Shown: positions 1 to 11,345, counted from the whole stretch's first letter. The stretch is 62,730 bases of DNA, filler included, from Bonamia ostreae (GCA_040357525.1; 17 parts of 17 records of this genome joined end to end with filler, not necessarily neighbours in it); one strand, 5' to 3'. Numbers and translations are program-made. The notes: generated by a model from the letters alone, not told the origin.

Positions 1-432
1 TAATAAAAAAAAAAAAATTTTATTTACTTAATAAAAAAAAAATTAATTATTAAAAATTTTAAACGACTATTAAAAATCAGATAGAAATAGCAAAATCTCG
101 CAACCAATTTGCGGACAGACAAATCTACTCTCCAACAGAATTTCCAAATCAACACGAAAACGCGAACGACACCAGAACAACGGAAAAATCGAATAAATTT
201 GATAATTTTGACGAATCAAAAAATTTAGATTCTAATTCCAAAAAGTCTCGAGGCTTCACTTACAAACCGAGAAAAAAGGACAAACCCAAATTCGAACAAA
301 TTCCAAACGATCAAAATAACAGTTTTCAAAAATTACAAATTTTTCAAAAAAGACGAAGAACAAAACAGTTTTCAAAGAAATGAATCGATCGACAAATTTG
401 ACGAGAAATTTCAAAATTTTGGAGAAAATTTT

Positions 433-2688
433 GTGTCGCGTCGTTTTGAAAATTTCGACAATCACTTTGATCCGCAACAAATGCCGATGCAACAAAGAAA
501 CCAAAATTTCTTCGATCCACAAAAAATGGCGCAAAGTTCGTTTATGTTTCCGCCGCCAAATTTTCCTTCAAATTTCCCGAACAATGTCCACCCCCCTTTC
601 GGTCCCCCTTCGATGCCGTTCGGGGGCTTCTTCGTTAACCCCAATTTGCCGCCGAACCATTCTCAAAATTTTCCGAGCAGTGAAAATTCTGCGAACCGCG
701 ATATAAAAATATTAAAAGTCCGCAAAATGAGTATTTTCAAAAAACTTTCGGATTTTATAATGCAAAATCACATAAAAAACTTTCAAAAAAGTGCGCACAG
801 CACAATTAAAATGGTGTTTGAGAGTCCTCCGGATGACTTGATGACTCAGACGGTCCTCAAATTGTCCGGCGACGAAGCAAATAAACTGCGGAATGTTTAT
901 TTGAAACCGGAAGCACAGAAGCCGGAATTCGAGGAACTGTTCGAATTTTTAGGTGATGTTTTTGGCAACGAAGTCAAAAGAGCCGCTGTCGTCGTTGATC
1001 ACTCGAATGACGACAAAAATACGAACAAAACCAAAAAAACGGACAATGGCAAAAAAGACGATATTTTGGCTGATTTGGACAAAATCAGCGATTTCCTTAG
1101 CAATATCGGCGACCTGGACACCGCCGACATTCCGGGGCTCGGCAAAATCAGCAGCGATTCGACCAACGGCCAAAACGAAAATTCGTCCAATGTTTCAGAA
1201 AAATCGGTAAACGACCTATCAAACACAAATCGGAAAAACCAAAATTTCCTAAAAAACGGAATTTCCAAAAATTTGCCAACAGTTCATAAAAACGACTTTG
1301 AAAACAAAAACTCTGAAAAAGAAAAAAATGCGCAAATTATTGAAAACAAAGTTCTTTCGACTTATTCCGAAAACGCTTCCGAAATCCTAAAAACACTAAA
1401 TTTGCAAGAAAAGTTGATCATCGCCACAAAATGGATTCGACAATGTTCCACTTTCACTTCTTTTGTAATCGACAAAATAAAGCAAATCGCTCTAAATCTC
1501 ATCGAAGAACTCAAAAAACATTCCAAAAACAAAGAAAAAAGTTTTGTCTTCAGCGAAAAGGCTTTTTTCGCTGAATTGACATCGAAACTGATAAATCATT
1601 TGAGCAAAGAAAACTCGCGATTGCTCATTAAAACAATCAAATCTTATCCCGGACATTTATTGCTTAATCTTAATTTGCCAAATTTGGCAAATATCGACGA
1701 AAAATCACAGAAAGAGCTCAAAAAAAGCAAAAAACCGCAATTTCGACAATTGCTGGGAATTTGTTCGAATTGTAAAATCGATGAAATGGTTTATTTGTGC
1801 AGTTGGTGCGAAGTGCAGTATTGCGGGAGCTGCGTCGGAAACGCGAAAAAACCGCCGTGCAAAAACTGTCAAAAAGATCTGACGCCGTTCGAGAAGGTTT
1901 TGTTGTACCAAACGATTCCGTTTGAGAGGGCTTTGAGGAAAATTGTGAATTCTTTTGAGAAGGAGAAATCAGTTGAAGAGACTTCTTTTAGTTTGCCGTT
2001 GTTCGATCCTTTTTCGTTCAAGCGTATTGAGGTTCCCGGGAAAGGGCGTAATTGTGAGCATCGGAATGTTTTTGACGTGAAGTCTTTTCTTTTGCGTTGT
2101 AATAAAAAGACGTTTTTGTTAATTGATTTTTTATCGATTTATTTTTTGTTTTGTTGTTTTATTATTTTTTTGGTTTTGTTTTTAATTTTCTTTTTGTTTT
2201 GGTCGTTTGTATATTATTTTTCGGCCAAAGATTTTTAGCAATTTTTTTTTAAAATTTAAAGATAATTTTTTGTTTTCAACAAAATTTTAAATAAATTTAA
2301 TGACGAAATATTTTTAACCGATTTTTTAAGACCGAAATTTTTTGCATTTTTTAAATTCAACGACAATTTTTTTCGTTAACCAAAATTTTTTTGACAAAAT
2401 TTTTTTATTTTTAAACTTAAAATTATAAAACTTAAATTTCCAAGTTTCGAAAACTGTCCAGTTTGCAAAAAACCGATAGGTGAGAGCGATTTGGAAGTGG
2501 ATGGATTTATCGAGAGAATATTGGCAACAGAGCCAGAAGACATAAGGGACGTGACAGTGATGAAAGATGGATCTTGGATAAACTCACAAGGAAAATTAAA
2601 AGGGAAATCGGCGCAATCGCCGAATTCCAAAAACGAAGAAAATTCAAAGTCGAAACGGAAGAAAAAGTGCATTGATTTGACGTTTTAA
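433..2688 (+). CDS. SP-RING (MIZ) zinc-finger protein, PIAS/Siz-like SUMO E3 ligase; start uncertain
   Basis: LFDPFSFKRIEVPGKGRNCEHRNVFD joins across a GT-AG intron (2112-2444) to FENCPVCKKPIGESDLEVDGFIERIL...DGSW, the SP-RING pattern. There is also an upstream Cys cluster and a Pro/Phe/Gln-rich N-terminus. Confidence 0.8.
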
Positions 2689-2955
2689 AGATAAATTGTC
2701 TATTTTTCAAATACTATTTTAAACAAAAAAATTTACAAATCATTAAAAAATTCCGCCATTTTGACAAAAAAATAGCTTTGATAACTATATCATAAACAAT
2801 TAAACACAAATTTAGCAATCCAAATGCAAAAACGTTTGCAATTATAATTTAAACGTTGTCAAAAACCATTTTTTTTCTTATTGTCTAAACACAACAAACA
2901 AATCCCAATATACACACAACGTCTAAACACTGATTTAGCAATCATTATTGCTAAA

Positions 2956-3415
2956 ATGGCCGATCCTCCTAAAAAAACATATTTCGGCGTTAAAAAAGCA
3001 GAAAACATTAAACTGTTTTCCGCGAAAGAACACAGTCTCCCGGCGAATTTTAGTCTCACTTCTTTCAGCAAACTCAAAGGATGAGGTTGCAAAGTCCCAC
3101 AAAACGAGTTGAAAGACTTGTTGGCTCCAATCGAATTGGATGGATCAATCGATTGCAGCATTGTTCCTTCCCGATTCGATCCTTCGATGGTCACTTTGTC
3201 GACGACCGATTTCTTTTTTCCGCTTGTCGACGATCCTTATCGACAGGGCGGAATTGCTGCGGCGAATGTGCTTTCCGACCTGTATTCTCTAGGCGTGCGC
3301 CATGTCGACACAGTTTTGATGTCGCTGGCTTTGTCGCTGGAAATGGATGTTGTTGTTAGGAAGAAAGTGGCGGCTTTGATGATCGAAGGATTTAACGACA
3401 AATGCAAAGAAGCCG
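2956..3415 (+). CDS. SEPHS2: Selenophosphate synthetase (SPS2/SelD), Sec-containing; exon 1 only, truncated by contig end
   Basis: One frame from ATG 2956: LTSFSKLKG-TGA(3082-3084)-GCKVPQ...STTDFFFPLVDDPYRQGGIAAANVLSDLYSLG...GFNDKCKEAG. These are the SPS motifs UGCK, TTDFF.P.VDDPY and ANVLSDLYA/S. Intron donor at 3416. Confidence 0.95.
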
Positions 3416-3454
3416 GTAAAGATTTTTAGCGACATTTTGTAAATTTAATGCAAA

Positions 3455-3640
3455 GGCAGTTTTTAGTTCAATTTTGCAAAAATAATTAATTTGCAAAAAA
3501 AGTAAATTTTGGCAGTTTTTAATTCGATTTTGCAAAAATAATCGATTAATTTGCAAAAAAGTAAATTTTGATTGTTTTTAGTTCAATTTTGCAAAAATAA
3601 TCGATTAATTGACAAAAAAGTAAATTTTGGCAGTTTTTAG
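3455..3640. repeat. Intronic minisatellite (~56-60 bp unit, ~3 copies)
   Basis: Repeated ggcagtttttagttcaattttgcaaaaataatcgattaatttgcaaaaaagtaaatttt running to the contig end. Confidence 0.8.
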
Positions 3641-3740
3641 NNNNNNNNNNNNNNNNNNNNNNNNNNNNNNNNNNNNNNNNNNNNTTAATTAATTAANNNN
3701 NNNNNNNNNNNNNNNNNNNNNNNNNNNNNNNNNNNNNNNN
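3641..3740. other. Artificial contig linker N44-TTAATTAATTAA-N44 (first of 16)
   Basis: The same 100-nt linker starts at 3641, 7380, 11119, 14852, 18562, 22271, 25976, 29677, 33371, 37065, 40742, 44415, 48085, 51754, 55422 and 59077. Plain N gaps lie at 9199, 24382, 27270 and 45394. Confidence 0.98.
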
Positions 3741-4011
3741 GTGTTTGTTTTCCAAGAGCTTTAAAATTAATCGTTTAGAATGAAATGTTGGATGGTTTAT
3801 AGGGAAAATATCCAATTTTCCAAATTTTCAATTTTTGCAAATTTGCCAAATTGTTTAAACCGCCTAAATATCTAGACGTGTTTCCTGCACTGCCCCCAAT
3901 CATCAATTTTATAATTTCAGCCTTGCGACCGCGATCCCAAGTCGGTAAAGTGTTTAATGGACCTGTTTGGATGTCTGTGTAAATGTCTCCGAGAACTGCT
4001 ATTTTTGCCAT
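3741..4011 (-). CDS. pfkB/ribokinase-family carbohydrate kinase, paralog A (5' part, truncated by contig edge)
   Basis: MAKIAVLGDIYTDIQ...IGGSAGNTSRYLG then an intron to LGKQT; near-identical to the + strand copy at 5007. Confidence 0.85.
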
Positions 4012-4239
4012 TGAAATTCTGTTTGGAAATAGTAATTTTTGTTTCGATACTTCTAGCGAAATATTTAATAATAAGCGGAGTCAAAATCGCGTTTTGGGAA
4101 TTTTGCAAAAACGGTATTAAAAATTAAACATTTATATTTGTGTGAATTTCAGAAATAAATACCACCATTTCAAAAATACAAAACAATATTTTTTTAATTT
4201 TACAAAGGACTTCGCCGAAATATCTGATAACCGTGCTAA

Positions 4240-4748
4240 ACAGTCAATTGTAAAAAAAGCATATGACTCGTTTAACCGTGCTTAACTTCTAAAAATGATT
4301 ATTGAGAAAGGAATAAATGGAAAATTGGAAAATTGGATAAAACACTTCATGAGAAAAGACTCAACCGAGTAGTATTCGATTGGGATAAATATCATAATTG
4401 TTTATAATTCATTAAACTTAAATCTTCAATTAAAATGACTATCGTTTTGTTAAAAATATGAGATATGGCAGAGATTGCTTCACTTAAGTGATATACATAC
4501 AGTTGTTAAAAGCAATATTTCACAATTTGCAGATGATATTGTAATATGGAAAACTGGATCAAATAAAAAAAAATTTTGAACAGAAAATGAAAAAGCTATT
4601 AGGAAAAATAAACGAATACATGAAAGGAAAAGACTTAACATTGTCTCCTTCAAAGTGCACGTCAACCGTTTTTAACAGAAAAAGAAAACGGGAAGAAATT
4701 TATCTAAAAATTGGAGCTCAGCCTATACAAGAAAATTTATCTAAAAAT
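4240..4748 (+). mobile_element. Degenerate non-LTR retrotransposon reverse-transcriptase fragment
   Basis: KKAYDSFNRA*LLKMIIEKGINGKLENWIKHF, SQFADDIVIWK (RT catalytic F/YADD) and LTLSPSKCTSTVF...LKIGAQPI, with stops and frameshifts. Confidence 0.85.
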
Positions 4749-5006
4749 GAGTCATATGCTTTTATACAATTGACTGTTTAGCACGGTTATCAGATATTTT
4801 GGCGAAGTCCTTTGTAAAATTAAAAAAAATATTGTTTTGTGTTTTTGAAATGTTGGTATTTATTTTTGAAATTCACACTAATATAACAGTTTAATTTTTA
4901 ATACCGTTTTTGCAAAATTCCCAAAACGCGATTTTGACTCCGCTTATTATTAAATATTTCGCTAGAAGTATCGAAACAAAAATTACTATTTCCAAACAGA
5001 ATTTCA

Positions 5007-6277
5007 ATGGCAAAAATAGCAGTACTCGGAGACATTTGTACAGACATTCAAACTGGTCCATTAAACACTTTGCCGACTTGGAATCGCGGTCGCAAGGCCG
5101 ATACTATAAAATTGATGATTGGAGGCAGTGCAGGAAACACAGCTAGATATTTAGGCGGTTAAAACAATTTATCAAATATGCAATTTTCGCAATAAGCCAT
5201 CCAACATTTCATTCTAAACGATTAATTTTAAAGCTCTTGGAAAACAAACACGCCTTTTCAGCGTTTTAGGAGACGACGACGTTAGCAGATTGAATGTTTT
5301 AAAGCTAAAGGAAGAAAATTTGGTCTCCATCGACGGATCGGTCGTGCAGAAAGAAAACGATTTTGCTCCAATCGCCATCGTTCTCTTTGGTTTTTAGAGC
5401 CCTTTTTCTAACATTTCGAAAATTTTTGAAAAAATGACAACATAACTTTTATTGTAAAAATGCCAAAGGAATGAACAAGAGACAATTTATCATCTACAGT
5501 GGAAGTTTAAAAAGTTTTACTGTGGACGATATTAACAGTAAACTTGTTTTTGAAAACGATCATCTTCATTTCGGAGGATATTTTGTGTGCGTTTTTAATT
5601 GTTTAAATTTATTTGAAAAAATTTTTAAAATGACAAAATATTAAAATCGAAAAATGACAAAATTTGACAAAGTCTTCAATAAATCCCAAATTCGACAAAA
5701 TTAAAAGATCATTTAAAAAACAAAGCCCGGTCTTCACAACGACAAACTGATTGAGTTTTTGAAACAAGTGAAAGCCAGAGGAATAACCATTTCGATGGAT
5801 TGCCAAGGCAAAGGAACCCAGAAATGGACCAGCAAAAACAACCACCTCCGCAAAGTACTCCCTTTTCTCGATGTCTTCATGCCCAGTTCCTATGAAGCGT
5901 TGGGCATTACAAACACGACATCGGTAGACGAGGCCATCGACGAGTTATCAAAACTCGTCCCAGAAACTTTGCTCATCATCAAAAATGGTGAAGAAGGCGT
6001 TGTGTTGTCGTTTCCGAAAAGATTAAATTTTGCGGGCGGAAACGTTAAAGTTCCGACCGAAAAAGTGAGCGTCAAAGACGTGACTGGCGCCGGAGACGCT
6101 TTCAACGCCGGATTTCTCGCAAAATGGGTCGAAGGGCTAAAAAGGACTTCGCCGAAGGATTTGGACAAAGAAATTTATGCAAAATTGGCCATCGAATCGG
6201 CTGAACATGGCTGTCATCTGGGATCCAGATGTGTCCAGGAACAAGGAGCTTTTGTGAAGAGTGTATGTGATAAGTGA
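5007..6277 (+). CDS. pfkB/ribokinase-family carbohydrate kinase, paralog B (complete, ~3 introns)
   Basis: N-terminal GGSAGNTA, then SVLGDDD, DHLHFGGY, DVFMPS, IIKNGEEG and the pfkB signature DVTGAGDAFNAGF. Confidence 0.92.
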
Positions 6278-6800
6278 CTTGGCGAATGTAAATCTACAGT
6301 CAAAATTATTTTACTCAAAAAATGGTGAGATATTTATTAAAATCCCGTTATCACTAAACGGCCTTTCCACGCAGCCAAAGCCGAAATTAAAGGCGGCGCT
6401 GAGATTTTCAAATAAAAATTTGAGTTTCTTAACAGAAAGGCAAAAATGTGGAACGCGCAGACGTAACTCGAATTCACGTAAAAAATTGCTAAACAAAAAT
6501 AGCTTTTTGTCGTCGAATCTTCTTTTGCCCAAAAACTCCTTTAAAATTTAGATATTTGCTGATTTTATGTCTCAATTTTTTTAAATGCATCTGTGAATTT
6601 AAACTTTAGAAGATAATATTTAAATGAGTCTTTGTACGCGAAAGTCAATTCGATAGAACTTATTGCGAGAACGGAAATGGCGAAAGCTTCGTTTTCGGGA
6701 GAGCTTTTGAGACCGTAAAAAAGTCGATAGAAAACTTAAATTTCTTTAAAAACCAAAATTAGTCGCGGATAAAAAGAGAGAAAATAAGACGAAACTACAA

Positions 6801-7379
6801 GGCGAAACCATCTGCCAAAATCGCACAAGATGCTTAAGATGTGCTGAATTTCACTCTACAAATGATTGGAACAGTGCCGAGATTGAATGTATGCACTGTG
6901 GATTAGAACACAAAGCCTCTTCTAACAGCAGTAGAATGAAAGCATATAGAAGTAAATTGTTCCGGAAGACATTACAGACACTTTGTTAAAAAAATGGAAG
7001 CTTCTCGTACAAAATACAAAGAAAAAGCCAAGTTTGTCTTTACTGGACATTATCTTCAAAAAAGAAACAAAGAGAAAATCAAAAATTATGAGAAAAAAGA
7101 ACAATAAATTATATCCAGGCTCTTTGCCTTCTAAATTTTTAAAAATCTGCACAATAAATAGCAACTCACTTCAATTCACCAAATAAAAATTCTAACTCGT
7201 CAGATATTGTAGCAATTTGTAATAATACAAATAATTTGGTAATTAACTGTAAATTGATATGGGATTTAGGATCAGACCATCTTCCTTTAAGTATATAATT
7301 AAATGATAGTCGAAAATCTGATAAAGAAAAGAAGTCATTGGGTCTTTAAAAAGTGTGATCCAATAGAATTTGAAAAACA
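6801..7379 (+). mobile_element. Degenerate LINE relic: ORF1 zinc knuckles plus APE endonuclease end
   Basis: CQNRTRCLRCAEFHSTNDW...ECMHCGLEHKASS resembles ORF1 CCHC knuckles; WDLGSDHLPLSI* at 7260-7298 is the APE SDH motif. Confidence 0.7.
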
Positions 7380-7479
7380 NNNNNNNNNNNNNNNNNNNNN
7401 NNNNNNNNNNNNNNNNNNNNNNNTTAATTAATTAANNNNNNNNNNNNNNNNNNNNNNNNNNNNNNNNNNNNNNNNNNNN

Positions 7480-8228
7480 GTTATCGCCTGTGCTAAAGAG
7501 CTCAACGATTAGATTTAATCAGTCTCTCCGCGTTGAAATAATTTTATCGATTAAACAAAACTGTCAAGTTTTAGTTTTGCAAATAACCTCTTCGCTCAAA
7601 GCGAGATCATAAGCGGTCAGTCCACATGAATTCAGGGAAACTTCAAATGCGCTTGCTTTTTTGTAGCTAGCGAATAGCAATATTCTGCAGACTTCAGACG
7701 CTTCTGAAAAGGCTGCGCAGTGCAAAGCAGTGTTTCCGATTTTGTTTACTGCTTCGAGGTTGGCTTCTGTTTTAATCAGCAATTCTACAATTTCTTTTTT
7801 GTTGCATGCCGCCGCCACGTGCAAGGGCGTACTTCCAACACTAATTTTATCGAATTTTAGCGGGTGTTTATTAAAGTTTGCGAGGGGGGTTTTACAGAAT
7901 AAAAACAAGTTTCGTTGTTCGATGTCGGCACAGTTATCAATAAGTAGCTTCGAGATCTCGAATTCGCCGTTTTCAGCGCAGATATGCAAGGGACTATTTC
8001 TAAATACATTGGCCATTTTTTCCTTTTCGAACTGTTCGAAGCAATTTACGTTCGCCCCGTTTTTGATCGCTGTGGCGACATCTTCCAACGATCTGTTTTT
8101 GACTGCAATTAAAAGTTTTTCGTTTTGCTCAGTGTTATCGTTTTTTAATCTTTCGTTCTGGTTAAGCTTTAAATTAGATTTACCTCGCCTAGAGCATGCA
8201 AATTTTTAAGCATCTTGGATCTGCTCAT
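7480..8228 (-). CDS. Ankyrin-repeat protein (3' end uncertain)
   Basis: SPLHICAENG, GSTPLHVAAACN, GNTALHCAA and GLTAYDLA repeats. A 17-nt intron (8167-8183) links ATG 8228 in frame. Confidence 0.88.
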
Positions 8229-8402
8229 TTTTAAATTCCAATCCGAGTATGGAACTATATAAGACTTGTTTAATATGAGAAGTCTGTTTATCTTCAGTTT
8301 ATCTGAAACGGTTTTCTGGGAGCATGAAAATTGACGATGTCTTGTGAGCATTAAATATAAAAATCGTTATAACATGATCTAAAGCAATAAGATCGGAAAA
8401 AT

Positions 8403-10538
8403 CTAATTTAATCGTGAAAATTTGAAGCCCAACTTCTTTTCGATTTTTTCTAGAAGAGGAATCTCTTCAAAATCGACCAAAGTAATGCATTTCCCCGGAG
8501 AAAGCAAAAAAGGCAACTCTCTCGATGGCCGGCCCGCCCTCCCGGACAAATGCTGGTAAACCGTCGCCAAATCAGCTCGGTCGGAAGCACTCCACGCAAA
8601 AACATGCGAAACGAAATCTAAGTCGATCCCGCGCAAAAAATACTCCGTCGTCACTGCGATTTTTATTTCTTCTTCCTCAAACCGCTCTGTCGCGGCTTTT
8701 CTGTCCCCGGATCTGTTTTATTGTCACAATTGAATCAAAATGAGAAACAATGTGCTTTCGTTCAAAAACACCGTGCGCAGACTTTGTTGGTTCAACCGAT
8801 CGATCAGTTTTCTGCTCTCGAAATTTTGGTCTGGGACTATCAACAGAACCGAACGCGGCTAAATTTTTTTTGGAAAACCGTCAATTTTCGGTAAAGCGAA
8901 AGAAAAAGGTCAAGACGACGCTCGAAATCGAGATGGTACCCGACGGCGAATTGGTGGAGAACATGTGGCAAAACTTTGTCTTTATTAATCGCAAAAGTCC
9001 GCAAATTGTTGTTTTTAAAGCCGATTTGTGCTACTTTGTCGACTGTTTTCTGATCGTAAGTTGCGGAGCATCCGATCAATTGTGTGTTCTCTTGCGAAGC
9101 AAACATTTTGGCTATCATTATCGCTTGAATTTTAAGTAATTTGCAGACGGAAATTAGAACTGAAAATTGAAAATAACGGACAAAAATTTTTATAATTGNN
9201 NNNNNNNNNNNNNNNNNNNNNNNNNNNNNNNNNNNNNNNNNNNNNNNNNNNNNNNNNNNNNNNNNNNNNNNNNNNNNNNNNNNNNNNNNNNNNNNNNNCA
9301 GACGGAAATTAGAACTGAAAATTGAAAATAACGGACAAAAATTTTTATAATTGCGCATTCAATAAATTGCGCATTCAATAAATTACGCATTCAATAAATT
9401 GCGCATTCAATAAATAACGCATTCAATAAATTGCGCATTCAATAAATTGCGAATTCAATAAATTGCGAATTCAATAAATTGCGCATTCAAAAAATTTCAA
9501 ATGAGTAAATCCCAAAAAGAAGAGATTTAATAAACAGAAACAAAGGAACAGTACAAAAGAGAGATTTTAAAATTTTCAAGTTTTAAATAAAAGTGCACAT
9601 GGTTTTTGTATCTTTGTTCTTTTCTTGACCAAGAGACTTCTCAGGGCTTGATCGAACTCGTCAAAGACGACGCAGACAGTTTTTTCGTTATCGATCACGC
9701 GGTGTTTCGAATTCAAAATTTCCCAGAGCCGCGTCGCCGTTCCGACGATAAAAGACGGCCGCCGTCTCGTCAGCTCCTTCATCTTTGGACTAGAAAAGTC
9801 GAACTTGTTCCGCCAAGCCAGGCCCTCCCGTTATCGCCATCGTGTGCCTCGAGTCGACGAACCGGTGGATCTCGCCCAAAATCTGGAGCGCCAAACCGCT
9901 ATTTGTTAATCTGGAAACTGCCCCGCCGCCACGACGATGCACTCGGATCCTTCCAACCCGTCTCTGCGCAGGAGCTTTTGGACGACCGGCAGAACGAACG
10001 AGAGGGTCTTCCCGGAGCCACAGGGCGAATGGAAGAGCACGTTGGATCGGCCGAGAATAGCTGGGATCGTGTCGCTTTGAATGGTCGTCGGGACCAGCGG
10101 AAGAGGTCGACTTTAGTGAATTTTGAAACTACTTGCGGTTCGAGTTGGTGACGATTCTTTCGACGAGGTGGTCGTCCAGGCCCAATTTCTTCCATTTGTT
10201 GAGCTTTGCCGATTCCTTTTGTGGTGAGAGAAAACTTTGTAATCGGACCACAGTCGGAACGTGTTGAGAAAGGCGTGGGCGTTTTTGATTAATAGGCGAG
10301 TTTCTCTGTGTTTGGGAATTTCTTTTGTTCTGTTTCTTACAAAATCTTCGGCCGTCGACAAGAGCTTTTCGCTCTGTTTCTTTTTGCAGAATTTTTCGAA
10401 TTCGGTAAAGATTTCGACCATCGGATGTAACTTAGGATTTTGGGCAGGATATATTTTAGAGAGCTTAAGCTTGTGCAAGTTTTTCGTGAGAGTTTTTGTT
10501 CTGTTGAATGGTTTAAACAATATTGAATTTTTCAGCAT
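8403..10538 (-). CDS. Divergent DEAD-box RNA helicase, possibly mitochondrial (multi-exon, spans a gap)
   Basis: Q motif PTTIQ, motif I SPCGSGKT, VGTATRL, motif II VFDEFD, motif III SAT, motif V RGID and motif VI HLSGRAGR. The basic N-terminus resembles a presequence. Confidence 0.9.
9351..9490. repeat. Intronic 16-bp tandem repeat, ~9 copies (ttgcgcattcaataaa)
   Basis: Head-to-tail units every 16 nt with no spacers, inside a helicase intron. Confidence 0.92.
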
Positions 10539-10590
10539 TCGATAAGTCTGAAATTGCTAAATTTTGTTACAGAGAACTAAATATTAGGAC

Positions 10591-11092
10591 ATGGCTAAAG
10601 GAGCGTACAAAAAGCAATCTAAGCTCTCAAAAGATACATATCGTTTGTATTTAAAGATCAATTTGATTATATCTGTTCTCTTTAATAATTTAAGCTTGTT
10701 TTTTTCACTTCTTCGGTTTTCAAAATCGACAAACTCCGATACGTGACACCGGGAATCGTGATCGTGTTGCTGGAAACGTTTCTTATAAAAAGCATCGCGA
10801 GTTCCATCAAAGACGGATATTCGCCCACGTTTTTTTGGCTAACAAAAGGTATTACCAAGACGCTTTGTTCATCTCTTGGTTTGTCCATTTGACCTCGATC
10901 TATTCGGTTTGGACATGGCTTTTCTTTTTGATTGTTTTTAATACAAAAATTTTAGATTCCGGCCTACGCTCTCTACAAACTATCTTCGTTTTTGTGCATG
11001 GGCTACAATCTTAGAAACGTTTTTTTCTATAAAACAAAATGTAGCAAATGAATGGAAGCGAAAACAGATCACAGAGAAGACTTAAAAAATAA
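10591..11092 (+). CDS. TMEM208: TMEM208/SND2 (DUF788) ER membrane protein, 5 exons
   Basis: Removing introns 10675-10694, 10829-10848, 10934-10955 and 11019-11044 gives MAKGAYKKQSKLSKDTYRLYLKI...YYQDALFISWFVHLTSIYSVWTWLFFLIIPAYALYKL...RLKK*. Absent from the ORF track. Confidence 0.85.
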
Positions 11093-11345
11093 ATTTTTTA
11101 CATTGATTTTTGTAAAGCNNNNNNNNNNNNNNNNNNNNNNNNNNNNNNNNNNNNNNNNNNNNTTAATTAATTAANNNNNNNNNNNNNNNNNNNNNNNNNN
11201 NNNNNNNNNNNNNNNNNNTTTTTTAACTTGTCGCACCTCTAAAAACTAATTCAAAATGTTGGATGGCAAACTGAGGATGGGATATCGGAAAAGGGAGTTC
11301 CGAAAGAAACAAAACAAATGTAAAAACTGAATTTAATAATTTTTG

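Larger units (their letters stand above)
3741..5251. repeat. Inverted duplication: arms 3741-4269 and 4749-5251, ~480 bp spacer
   Basis: The arms are reverse complements with scattered substitutions and an intron indel, e.g. aattgtaaaaaaagcatatgactc versus gagtcatatgcttttatacaatt. Confidence 0.92.

Noticed and set aside
2112-2238. Hydrophobic TM-like tail of the 601-aa ORF
   Set aside because: It is read-through into a T-rich intron; splicing restores the SP-RING CPVC.
3082-3084. Genome-wide UGA reassignment
   Set aside because: TGA terminates other conserved genes, Trp and Cys use normal codons, and the only in-frame UGA I found in an intact gene is at a known Sec site.
3685-3696. Regularly spaced TTAATTAATTAA motif as a biological element (e.g. 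nanochromosome end or array repeat)
   Set aside because: It is always centred in exactly 44+44 Ns, which marks an artificial six-frame-stop linker.
6311-6720. Minus-strand gene between pfkB and the LINE relic
   Set aside because: Short ORFs with no recognisable motif or confident exon structure.
9143-9353. Direct repeat on both sides of the N gap
   Set aside because: Probably a collapsed tandem repeat or scaffolding overlap; copy number cannot be determined.
9351-9490. CRISPR-like array
   Set aside because: There are no unique spacers, the repeat is intronic in a eukaryotic gene, and no cas genes are present. The same applies to the 40- and 67-bp repeats.
10682-10888. Minus-strand 68-aa ORF
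   Set aside because: Antisense shadow of the spliced TMEM208 gene.
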